Of a DNA stretch of 64,000 bases, positions 11,403-21,771 are shown in pieces. Source of the stretch: Strigamia acuminata (lineage: Eukaryota); assembly GCA_949358305.1 (NCBI GenBank), contig OX442314.1, positions 26,288,001 through 26,352,000 of the forward strand, in the 5' to 3' direction. Position 1 is the stretch's first letter, and every line of letters starts with the position of its first letter. The notes under the pieces were generated by a model, which saw only the letters and a list, made by a program, of their open reading frames with translations, did not search any database and was not told the origin of the DNA. The translations under genes were made by a program, and so were the position numbers.

Positions 11403-12485
11403 GTTACGGCGTAAATCGAAAAAATCAACAACCGACAACACGTACGTGAAAACGCGTACAACATTCATAGACATTAATCTCGAATCCTGTTTTTGGTTTT
11501 ACGCCGTTAACGGGCCGTTAACGGGCCGTTAACGGCCCGTTAACGGCCCGCGTGAGGTCGTACGGGCCGTCGGCGAGCCGAAGTCCGGGAACGAAGGCCG
11601 TGACGGGATCGTGACGGGACCGTCAGCGGCCCGTTAACGGCCCGTGCGGGCCGTTGCGGGATCGTGACGGGATCGTCGACGGCCCGTTAACGGCCCGTGC
11701 GGGCCGTTGCGGGCCGTTGACGGGCCGTTGACGGGCCGTTAACGGGCCGTTAACGGGCCGTTACGGCGTAAATCGAAAAAATCAACAACCGACAACACGT
11801 ACGTGAAAACGCGTACAACATTCATAGACATTAATCTCGAATCCTGTTTTTGGTTTTACGCCGTTAACGGGCCGTTAACGGCCCGTTAACGGCCCGTTAA
11901 CGGCCCGCACAGGCCGTGACGGGATCGTGACGGGACTGTCGGCGGCCCGTTAACGGCCCGCACGAGCCGTGACGGGATCGTGACGGGACCGTCGGCAGCC
12001 CGTTAACGGCCCGTACGACTCCATGCGGGCCGTTGACGGGATCGTGACGGGACCGTCGGCAGCCCGTTAACGGCCCGCACGGGCCGTGACGGGATCGTGA
12101 CGGGACCGTCGGCGGCCCGTTAACGGCCCGCACGAGCCGTGACGGGATCGTGACGGGACCGTCGGCAGCCCGTTAACGGCCCGCACGGGCCGTGACGGGA
12201 TCGTGACGGGACCGTCGGCGGCCCGTTAACGGCCCGCACGAGCCGTGACGGGATCGTGACGGGACCGTCGGCGGCCCGTTAACGGCTTGTACGGGCCGTT
12301 ACGGGATCGTGACGGGACCGTCGGCGGCCCGTTAACGGCTCGCACGGGCCGTTAACGGGGTCGTTACGGGACCGTCGGCGGCCCGTGCGGCGGCCTCGCC
12401 AACCTCGTGCGGCCCGTTAACGGCCCGTACGGGCCGTTACGGGGCCGTTGCGGGATCGTCGGCGGCCCGTTAACGGCCCGCACGG
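11403..12485. repeat. CpG-dense satellite, family 1
   Basis: Same modules as 3283-4593; cores at ~11414 and 11771. Confidence 0.93.
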
Positions 12486-12770
12486 GACAACGGGCGCCAA
12501 CGAGCGCCGGTAGTCCCGGTAATTTGTTTCAAAATAAATATTTGTCACCGTCTCCCCTCCCTCCTCCTCCTCCCCCTCCTCTCCCTCTCGAGGCCAGACA
12601 CGGCCGCTCCAAAATACGAACCACGACGATGCCTCCGTACCGATAGACCGAGTGGGTCGCGCGACAGACAATGCGCGCAAACTACCGTCGGCGCACGGTG
12701 TGCACGGCGCAACACCACGGAAGTAACTACCGGTGCGCCCCTCGTGCGTGCGAGGCAATCCCGAGCTCGC

Positions 12771-13620
12771 TTAACCTTGGGGTATGTGTGCGGATTTTGT
12801 CGGGGGCGAAAGGGTCCCGCTTTTTAACATTACGGCGGCCTATACGTTGTTTCGTTGATCGCGACTGCGATGCGGAATTTGCGGATGTTGTTTTGGCCGA
12901 GTAGTTCGTGCGACCGAGCGCGTTTTGTTCGTTGCTTTTCGGTGTTCGGTGGGTTTTGTGACCGGTCAAGGGTTTCGCTAAAACGTGGTTTTTGAGTACG
13001 GGGGGGAGGGGGGGGATCGGGTCGCGTGCTCCGAAAGCGCCGCGACGCGCCGTGACTTGGGCCAAAAACGACCCGGTCGGAAACCGGGTCCCGGGCTTCG
13101 TCGAGGCGTGGTCCCGATCGGGACAAACTCTTCCGGAAAATGTCCGGTGGAATGTTGAGAGTGTCGATGGACGACGTTCGAGTTTATATCGTAAGTAAGT
13201 AAGTATCTGACAAAACTTGCACAGAATTTTGTCAACATTTGATAAATTTCCACAGAATTTAACGTTGTTTTGCTAAAACCTGCGGAAACGTGTCTAGTCG
13301 GGCAGAAACGTCTCGTAAAATGTTGCTGAAATTCCGTGGAAATTTGTCAAAAATTGACAAAAGTTGGTGACCGACCCACATCGCGTTGCGGCGCGGTCGG
13401 AGCACGCGACCCGATCCCCCCCCCCCCCCTCCCCCCGTCCCCAAAAAACCACGCCTCGAGGAACCCCGAGGTTCGGTTTCCGACCGGGTCGCCTCTTGAT
13501 CCGACTCGGGGCGCGTCACGGCGCGGTCGGAGGACGGCCCTCGCCCCCAAAAACCACACTCCGGGTCACGTGGTCTCGCACCCGACTCTTTCAGTTTTCC
13601 CGTTTTCAGCCCGTTACGGG
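12771..13620 (+). repeat. Satellite-associated dispersed repeat starting TTAACCTTGGGG
   Basis: Internally deleted copy at 27248-27660; inverted partial copy at ~23080-23450; internal inverted repeat (~12990-13100 vs ~13375-13490). Confidence 0.8.
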
Positions 13621-14989
13621 ATCGTGACGGGACTGTCGGCGGCCCGTTAACGGCCCGCACGAGCCGTGACGGGATCGTGACGGGACCGTTGGCGGCCCGT
13701 TAACGGCCCGCACGGGCCGTGACGGGATCGTGACGGGACCGTCGGCGGCCCGTTAACGGCCCGTACGACTCCATGCGGGCCGTTGACGGGCCGTTGACGG
13801 GCCGTTAACGGGCCGTTAACGGGCCGTTACGGCGTAAATCGAAAAAATCAACAACCGACAACACGTACGTGAAAACGCGTACAACATTCATAGACATTAA
13901 TCTTGAATCCTGTTTTTGGTTTTACGCCGTTAACGGGCCGTTAACGGCCCGTTAACGGCCCGTTAACGGCCCGCGTGAGGTCGTACGGGCCGTCGGCGAG
14001 CCGAAGTCCGGGAACGAAGGCCGTGACGGGATCGTGACGGGACCGTCAGCGGCCCGTTAACGGCCCGTGCGGGCCGTTGCGGGATCGTGACGGGATCGTC
14101 GACGGCCCGTTAACGGCCCGTGCGGGCCGTTGCGGGCCGTTGACGGGCCGTTGACGGGCCGTTAACGGGCCGTTAACGGGCCGTTACGGCGTGAATCGAA
14201 AAAATCAACAACCGACAACACGTACATGAAAACGCGTACAACATTCATAGACATTAATCTCGAATCCTGTTTTCGGTTTTGCCCCGTTAACGGGCCGTTA
14301 ACGGGCCGTTAACGGGCCGTTAACGGCCCGTGCGGGCCGTTGCGGGATCGTGACGGGACCGTCGACGGCCCGTTAACGGCCTGTGCGGGCCGTTGCGGGA
14401 TCGTGACGGGACCGTCAGCGGCCCGTTAACGGCCCGTGCGGGCCGTTGCGGGATCGTGACGGGATCGTCGACGGCCCGTTAACGGCCCGTGCGGGCCGTT
14501 GCGGGATCGTGACGGGACCGTCAGCGGCCCGTTAACGGCCCGTGCGGGCCGTTGCGGGATCGTGACGGGATCGTCGACGGCCCGTTAACGGCCCGTGCGG
14601 GCCGTTGCGGGCCGTTGACGGGCCGTTGACGGGCCGTTAACGGGCCGTTAACGGGCCGTTACGGCGTGAATCGAAAAAATCAACAACCGACAACACGTAC
14701 ATGAAAACGCGTACAACATTCATAGACATTAATCTCGAATCCTGTTTTCGGTTTTGCCCCGTTAACGGGCCGTTAACGGCCCGTGCGGGCCGTTGCGGGA
14801 TCGTGACGGGACCGTCGACGGCCCGTTAACGGCCCGTGCGGGCCGTTGCGGGATCGTGACGGGACCGTCAGCGGCCCGTTAACGGCCCGTGCGGGCCGTT
14901 GCGGGATCGTGACGGGATCGTCGACGGCCCGTTAACGGCCCGTGCGGGCCGTTGCGGGATCGTGACGGGACCGTCAGCGGCCCGTTAAC
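13607..14989. repeat. CpG-dense satellite, family 1
   Basis: Same modules; cores at ~13837, 14194 and 14669. Confidence 0.93.
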
Positions 14990-15542
14990 TGTTGGACTTT
15001 GGAACCGCTTTTCACCTAATTAAATCGTTTTTCGATGTGAAATGACTTTGAAATGTTTATTTTATTATCCATCGGTTATCTTTTCTTATTCGGGGTAATT
15101 TAGTATTGTTTCTTATGTTTTTCCTTAGTTTCTGTGTAAAGGGAATGCATGATGCCTTTTAGATGTGTCTTATCCATCTGGCATCATGCATCCTCTATTC
15201 TGTGTGTATTTCTACTTATTGTTTCTATTTTCGGCCACCAGATGTCTCTGGCACTTTGCAAATGGCCGCGCACACAGCCAGTGTGTTTCTCTATGTTTTC
15301 AAATGGTTTTTGGATCAATTATGTAAGTTTTCTCGAATTAAAGTGTATTTTGTTAATTATCAGTATTAGTTTATGTGCCACACGTCTTTATAAGTGTGGT
15401 ACACGCGTTTTCTGGCCCAATACAGACCCGAACTCGCGTTTACGCATCACGGCAATTTTTCCAGCTCATGCATTGCCGTGAGCACGTTATTTTCACGCTT
15501 CCAGCACGATTTATCGTGCATTTATTGCGCCACAGTGCTACA
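14990..15542 (+). repeat. 5' LTR of element 3
   Basis: Direct repeat of 21219-21771 (offset 6229); no differences seen by eye. Confidence 0.97.
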
Positions 15543-15544
15543 AG

Positions 15545-15556
15545 TGGTAGCAGAGG
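15545..15556 (+). promoter_or_regulatory. Primer-binding site (tRNAi-Met)
   Basis: TGGTAGCAGAGG, 2 nt after the 5' LTR. Confidence 0.9.
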
Positions 15557-16264
15557 CCTGGAAAGACACCAGTGCCTCGTTTTTTCACTAATTTTCCGTA
15601 AATTTCGCGATTTTTTCGCGATTTGTGCGGAAATTTTTGTTTATTTCCAGTTTTTCGCCGAATTTCCGATGTCTCGACACACTTTGTACCCCGGAGTACA
15701 GTGTGGCCACATAGAACTTCATCTCGCTTAGTACCCCGGTGTACGGCGAATTTTTTTTCAGAAGTTTTTCCCGATTTTCACAATCGGACGGCGATTTTTT
15801 TCCCGATTTTCGAAATCGGTCGGCGATCTTTTGAAGAATTCCGCATTTTTTATGCGCGGTGTGCACAGGGACGTCTGTGCATACAGATTCATCAACTTCT
15901 CCTTCCTTTTATTTCAGATTTCGAATTTATTTGTTAGTTTTAAGTTTTTTGGTGTGGGTCAATTAGAATCCTTGGCGCCCTTCGTCCAAATCTGGGCAAG
16001 CGTCACTGTATTCTTAGACAAGGCTGAGCCCTGCGCCACCTAACATTCCCGCGGCCCCAGGTGGTCATAAAGGACGTTAGGGGGACACTTGTCTAAGGTT
16101 TTCAAGCCAATTTTAGCATTGGCTCCCCGTCGAGGTCTTTCCGCTTCGAACAACGTTTGTGTGTGCGTCGGTAGTGCTTCGAGTGCTTCGAGTGAAAAGT
16201 GCTTCAATTTCGTCAATTGTGCTTCGATTTTCGGAAATTTTTCGACGATTTTTCCTCCGCAATC

Positions 16265-19200
16265 ATGCAAAAGGCTTCCGAAGCGACGTTGGGACGTGTA
16301 CCGGTCCTGACGACCGGCAACTACGAACAATGGCAACGAACAGTTAAGATGTTGCTCAAAAGTGAAGGCCTGTGGCATCACGTCACAGAAGACGGCGAGG
16401 AGGATTTTCTGAAGACGGCGGATGATAAAGAGAAACGCAAATATCAACGTCGGAAGGAACGAGCCCTAGGAACAATTTATTGTTTGGTATCCGAAGCCAA
16501 ACAGTCGGCACTCGATGGCTGCGAGACACCGAAGGAACAATGGGACATGCTCGCCAAGATCTACGCCCCCAGTTCACTTGCCCGTCAGGCAGCTATGCGC
16601 CGACAGTTCTTGCAATTGAAACTGGAGCCGAACGAGGAGATGCCCGATTTCCTGGGGCGTGTAGACCTGATGGTTCGTCAATTGAAGGACATCGGAGAGG
16701 ACATTCTCCCTCGACATCAGGCCTACCAGTACCTCGATTTTCTTCCAGCGGATTACGACCAGGCAACGTTCTCCATTTACCATTGGCCGTTGGCGAATTT
16801 TACCCCGGCCAAAGTCTCCGAACAGCTCTTGTCGGAATACCTTCGTTTGAAGTCGAAATCCGACCACGATACGAAGAAGACGTCGGCATTCGCCGCGGAC
16901 AATCGCAACCGCAGTCAATCTCGCAATCCTCGTCCACTATCGCAAATTTGTTGTTTCAATTGCGATCAGATGGGCCACTACGCGAACAAATGCCCTCTTC
17001 CGCGCCGACAATCGAAGGAACAGCAACCGGCAGCTGCACTACAAGGACGATCTCGCAGCAAAAACCGACGTCGAAAGGGAACCAATTCTCAGCAACCGGG
17101 TGGTCAAAGCCGTGAAATTTCCCGCCCGCGACGTGATGCTGCGTACCTCTTGTCTGCGCCACCAGTTGTTACAGCACCGACTGTGCATTTCCTCCAATCC
17201 CACGAATGGATCGTTGATTGCGGCGCAACCGACCACGTGTCGCACGTTAAAGCGTGGTTCACGAACTTTGTTTCCGTTGTCCCGTTTAACATCGAGTTAG
17301 GACAAGGCAGTTCGAAGGTCACAGGCAAAGGTGACGTTCCGGTCAAGTCGCTCATCGATGGCTGCGAATGCACCGTAATGCTACGCGACGTCTTATTCGC
17401 ACCTGACTTCGGCGCCAACTTAATCTCGGTTTCTCGGATTGATAAATGCGGACATCACATCCACATTCACAACTCGGAATTGCATACGTATGAAACGGAC
17501 ATCAAACTAAGTGTTCTTCGGGCGAAACAGAAGTCTGGACTTTATTTCGTGGATGGGCTTATCTCGCCATTCGCCGCTCCGACTAATGTTTCGAGTTCTC
17601 CACCCGTTTCATCGTTGCCTCCGACTCCGACACCGACCACTCTAGTGACGAAGGAAGAGGACTTTCCCGCATTGCCCAAGTCTTCCAACAAGGCTAAGAC
17701 GAAGTCGGCTGACAATATGACCGATTTCCGCTTGCCCGTCTCCTCCAACACCTTACTGGTCCCTTCACTTTTTCCTACCAGTCCTGCTCCCATTCCCGGA
17801 TCCCAACCTCAACAGATCCGGATGTATTCCAATGCCCTCACCTCTCCTCTTCCCGTTGCCAAGTCAAACGCAACATCACCTCCTCCTGTTGCTAAGTCAA
17901 ATGCAACATCACCTCCTAAACCGGTTACTACGTCGGTCAACGTCGCGGATGCCACGGGATTGTGGCACAGCAGACTGGGTCACCTGCACACCAAAGCCAT
18001 GCGGACTTTGGCTGCTAACTCCCAGGTTTACGGACTTGATCCAGCTGCTGTTCGACAGGAACTTTCATGCAACACGTGCCGTGTCGCCAAGTCTACGCGT
18101 GCTTCGCATAAGCCGATTTCCGCACCTTCGACCACGAAACCGCTTGAATTGCTTCACATGGACGTCTGGGGCCCGTCGAGACTGCCTTCCATTGGTGGCG
18201 CTAATTTCGCCTTCACCATTATCGACGACGCCACCAGGTATGCCTGGCTTTTCCCGATTGCCCGTAAATCCGATGTTTTCGCTACGTTCAAAGACTTTGT
18301 TTCCCGTGTCGAACGTATAGCCGATTGCCGGATCAAAACGATTCGTACCGACCGTGGAGGAGAATTCATTTCAAGGGATTTTGACCGTTATCTCGCCGAC
18401 AAGGGTATTGTTGCGCAACGGACCAACCCCGCGAGCCCACAGATGAATGGAGTCGCCGAACGCCTGAACCGGACGATGGGCGATTATCTCCGCTCCGTTA
18501 GATCCGAAACCGGATTTCCGCATACGCTTTGGGCCGAACTTGCTGTGACATTCGTGTACATCAAGAACCGAAGTCCACATTCGAAGCTCAACGACGAAAT
18601 CCCGTACATTTTGTGGCGCCAGCGAGCTCTCTCCGTCAGACATTTTCGTAAAATCGGTTCCAAGTGCTGGGTGCACTTCACCGCACCTGGACGCAATAAA
18701 CTGGACCCTCGAGCTTGGGAGGGATTTCTCGTCGGCTACGCGTCTGGAACTCGAGGATATCGTGTTTTGAATCCGGCTACGAACACTGTCACCGAAACTG
18801 TCCACGTCCAAATCGATGAACGGCAGAACTTTAAACGCTCGCCCTTTTATGTTCCGGATCCGGATGACAATGCTCCACCCATGGAGGAGCCTGCTCGTGG
18901 CCACACCCCGTCGCGTGTCACTTTTCATGATAATTTCCCAACTCAACCTTGGCCTCGACGACGTCGCGATTCGGATAACGATTCTTCCGCCGGCAGTAGT
19001 GACGATGATGGAATTATCAGTCGTGCTCAGTCTGTCGCTTCGACCGCTCCGTCTTTCGCTTCATTTGCCCCGTCCGCCGCTGCAAGCGTGCCTCTGGATG
19101 GTGAGGCTATTCCTGATGGCTCCGTGACCGCTGCCGATGACTCCGTTACTGCAGCGACCGTTGCAGGACATGGCCAATTTTCTCCAACCATACGTTCCAC

Positions 19201-21172
19201 GCGTTTACCCCAGCTGCGACGTTCGATCTCTTACCCAACTCTTCCATGTCTTGACGATACCACGGCGATGTCTGTACAGGGTTCTGACTTTGACGACGAC
19301 CTTCTTGACGAAGCGGCCGCCTTACCTATTCCCGCTCCGGGTACGCCTAATTTGGCCCCTTTACGTGCTCTTCATTGCCCTTGGAGTTTTATTGGCGGCG
19401 TTTCGCCCTTCAGCGGATGGAGGAGAGAGGAACATCTCCGGAAAGATCAAATCCCGGGAAAGATCAAGGTCGACGTTTATTATTATCCGGAACACGGTGT
19501 CCGCTTGCGGTCGCAGAACGATATCGCCGCTTATTGTTTCGCACATCGGCTACCGTATGACGAGTCTATTTTCTTTTTTGGCAATTTGGAACACCACATG
19601 CCCTATGTTCCACCATCGCCTCATCGTGTCTTCATGTGTTTTCGGGAACCGGCCACATATGCCGAAGCAGTTAAATTGCCCGAAGCACCGAAATGGACCG
19701 AAGCAATCGACGAGGAGCTTTCTACTTTCAAGAAGCGCGAGGTTTACAAAGAGGTTCCGCGTCCACCGGATAAGACAGTCCTAGGTTGCAAGTGGATTTT
19801 CAAGTTAAAATCGGACGCCACCGGGACAATTCATCGATACCGTGCCCGACTTGTCGCACAAGGTTTCCGCCAAACAATGGGCGTTGATTTCGATGAAGTT
19901 TTTAGTCCGGTAGTTAACTTCGTGCTCATCCGATTTTTCTTCTGTCTTCTAGTCGTCTTGTTGGGATGGAGGGATACTCATCTCGACGTAAAATGTGCCT
20001 ACCTCTACGGCGACCTCGACCACGAAATCTACATGCGGATTCCCGCCGGTGCCACATGCTCCTCGCCCGACAACGTCTGGTTGTTGACCAAGTCGCTTTA
20101 CGGTCTTCATCAGTCGGGGCGCATGTGGTACCAAAAGCTCGATGAAACGTTAACCGGACTCGGATTCCAGAAATTTCCGGCTTGTAATTGCGTTTACGCA
20201 TTTGGACATTCGGCCATCATGTTAGTTTACGTTGACGACATCGTTTTATTTTACGCGTCGGAGAACATCCGAGACCGTATTCTTGCATTGATCACGAGCA
20301 AGTTCGAAATCGTCAACCTCGGCCCGATAACCAAGTTGCTCGGAGTGGAATTCGAGCGTCGTGACGGGAAAGTCTTCATGACTCAACGCAATTACATCGA
20401 TAAACTCCTCAAAAAGTTTAATGTTTCGTCCGATGCACTCATTAAAGTGCCTGTCACACCGGGAACCACGCTCGTGAAAGGCTCGTTGGACAATCTCCCA
20501 GATTTCCCGTATCGGTCGCTCATCGGATCATTACTTTTTCTCGCTTCTCGCACTCGTCCCGATATCTTATACTCGGTCATCGCTCTCTCGCAGTACAACA
20601 ACTGCTACGACCAAAGCCACATTAAGTGTTTGCTTCAAGTTCTTCGATATGTGGCCAATACGAGTGATTATTCCATCGAACTTTCGAAATGCGATTCGAG
20701 TCAACTATGGGGTTGCACAGACGCCTCTTGGGCCTCCGACATTGCTACATCGAGATCATTCGGCGGATACATTGTCTACATCGGAAGTGTGCCCATTGGC
20801 TGGAGCTGCAAAAAACAGACCAGTGTTGCTTGCTCCACCATGGAAGCCGAGTTTGTGGCATTAGTCGAAATCGTCAAGGAATTATACTGGTTGGACAGTA
20901 TTTATCGAGTATTTCCGCCTTTACGTCGATTATCGAAACCGATCATATTTTCCGATGCCCTCGCCTCGATTCAGTTCACGAACAACGACATCGAGAACTC
21001 GAAAACGAAACATATTCGAGTGAAGTTTCACTGGCTTCGTGAGTGGCATATTGCCGGATGTTTCGAACTCCGCAAGATTCCGGGTGAGATAAATGTATCC
21101 GACATTTTCACCAAGTGGCTCAGTTCAGAGCGCCTCCGGAATTTATTATCACGCATTTTCGTCTCGAAGTAA
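16265..21172 (+). CDS. gag-pol: Copia gag-pol polyprotein, 1635 aa from ATG 16265, with MBD (~19405-19580)
   Basis: Same domain motifs as element 2. The ATG context GCAATCATG is shared with element 2. MBD GWRREEHLRKDQIPGKIKVDVYYYPEHGVRLRSQNDIAAYC. Confidence 0.96.
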   Translation: MQKASEATLGRVPVLTTGNYEQWQRTVKMLLKSEGLWHHVTEDGEEDFLKTADDKEKRKYQRRKERALGTIYCLVSEAKQSALDGCETPKEQWDMLAKIYAPSSLARQAAMRRQFLQLKLEPNEEMPDFLGRVDLMVRQLKDIGEDILPRHQAYQYLDFLPADYDQATFSIYHWPLANFTPAKVSEQLLSEYLRLKSKSDHDTKKTSAFAADNRNRSQSRNPRPLSQICCFNCDQMGHYANKCPLPRRQSKEQQPAAALQGRSRSKNRRRKGTNSQQPGGQSREISRPRRDAAYLLSAPPVVTAPTVHFLQSHEWIVDCGATDHVSHVKAWFTNFVSVVPFNIELGQGSSKVTGKGDVPVKSLIDGCECTVMLRDVLFAPDFGANLISVSRIDKCGHHIHIHNSELHTYETDIKLSVLRAKQKSGLYFVDGLISPFAAPTNVSSSPPVSSLPPTPTPTTLVTKEEDFPALPKSSNKAKTKSADNMTDFRLPVSSNTLLVPSLFPTSPAPIPGSQPQQIRMYSNALTSPLPVAKSNATSPPPVAKSNATSPPKPVTTSVNVADATGLWHSRLGHLHTKAMRTLAANSQVYGLDPAAVRQELSCNTCRVAKSTRASHKPISAPSTTKPLELLHMDVWGPSRLPSIGGANFAFTIIDDATRYAWLFPIARKSDVFATFKDFVSRVERIADCRIKTIRTDRGGEFISRDFDRYLADKGIVAQRTNPASPQMNGVAERLNRTMGDYLRSVRSETGFPHTLWAELAVTFVYIKNRSPHSKLNDEIPYILWRQRALSVRHFRKIGSKCWVHFTAPGRNKLDPRAWEGFLVGYASGTRGYRVLNPATNTVTETVHVQIDERQNFKRSPFYVPDPDDNAPPMEEPARGHTPSRVTFHDNFPTQPWPRRRRDSDNDSSAGSSDDDGIISRAQSVASTAPSFASFAPSAAASVPLDGEAIPDGSVTAADDSVTAATVAGHGQFSPTIRSTRLPQLRRSISYPTLPCLDDTTAMSVQGSDFDDDLLDEAAALPIPAPGTPNLAPLRALHCPWSFIGGVSPFSGWRREEHLRKDQIPGKIKVDVYYYPEHGVRLRSQNDIAAYCFAHRLPYDESIFFFGNLEHHMPYVPPSPHRVFMCFREPATYAEAVKLPEAPKWTEAIDEELSTFKKREVYKEVPRPPDKTVLGCKWIFKLKSDATGTIHRYRARLVAQGFRQTMGVDFDEVFSPVVNFVLIRFFFCLLVVLLGWRDTHLDVKCAYLYGDLDHEIYMRIPAGATCSSPDNVWLLTKSLYGLHQSGRMWYQKLDETLTGLGFQKFPACNCVYAFGHSAIMLVYVDDIVLFYASENIRDRILALITSKFEIVNLGPITKLLGVEFERRDGKVFMTQRNYIDKLLKKFNVSSDALIKVPVTPGTTLVKGSLDNLPDFPYRSLIGSLLFLASRTRPDILYSVIALSQYNNCYDQSHIKCLLQVLRYVANTSDYSIELSKCDSSQLWGCTDASWASDIATSRSFGGYIVYIGSVPIGWSCKKQTSVACSTMEAEFVALVEIVKELYWLDSIYRVFPPLRRLSKPIIFSDALASIQFTNNDIENSKTKHIRVKFHWLREWHIAGCFELRKIPGEINVSDIFTKWLSSERLRNLLSRIFVSK

Positions 21173-21218
21173 CTTTTTCGATCATTCAACACCGACATTT
21201 TACATCGAAGGAGGGAAT

Positions 21219-21771
21219 TGTTGGACTTTGGAACCGCTTTTCACCTAATTAAATCGTTTTTCGATGTGAAATGACTTTGAAATGTTTATTTTATTATCCA
21301 TCGGTTATCTTTTCTTATTCGGGGTAATTTAGTATTGTTTCTTATGTTTTTCCTTAGTTTCTGTGTAAAGGGAATGCATGATGCCTTTTAGATGTGTCTT
21401 ATCCATCTGGCATCATGCATCCTCTATTCTGTGTGTATTTCTACTTATTGTTTCTATTTTCGGCCACCAGATGTCTCTGGCACTTTGCAAATGGCCGCGC
21501 ACACAGCCAGTGTGTTTCTCTATGTTTTCAAATGGTTTTTGGATCAATTATGTAAGTTTTCTCGAATTAAAGTGTATTTTGTTAATTATCAGTATTAGTT
21601 TATGTGCCACACGTCTTTATAAGTGTGGTACACGCGTTTTCTGGCCCAATACAGACCCGAACTCGCGTTTACGCATCACGGCAATTTTTCCAGCTCATGC
21701 ATTGCCGTGAGCACGTTATTTTCACGCTTCCAGCACGATTTATCGTGCATTTATTGCGCCACAGTGCTACA
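21219..21771 (+). repeat. 3' LTR of element 3
   Basis: Follows the PPT GAAGGAGGGAA and matches the 5' LTR. Confidence 0.97.

Larger units (their letters stand above)
14990..21771 (+). mobile_element. Full-length Ty1/Copia LTR retrotransposon with MBD (element 3, 6782 bp)
   Basis: 553-bp LTRs at 14990-15542 and 21219-21771. TSD TTAAC at 14985-14989 and 21772-21776. PBS at 15545-15556, PPT at ~21207-21217, intact ORF. Confidence 0.98.

Noticed and set aside
1..21771. The three Copia copies as a tandem duplication or assembly duplicate
   Set aside because: They have different LTRs, linkers and target-site sequences.
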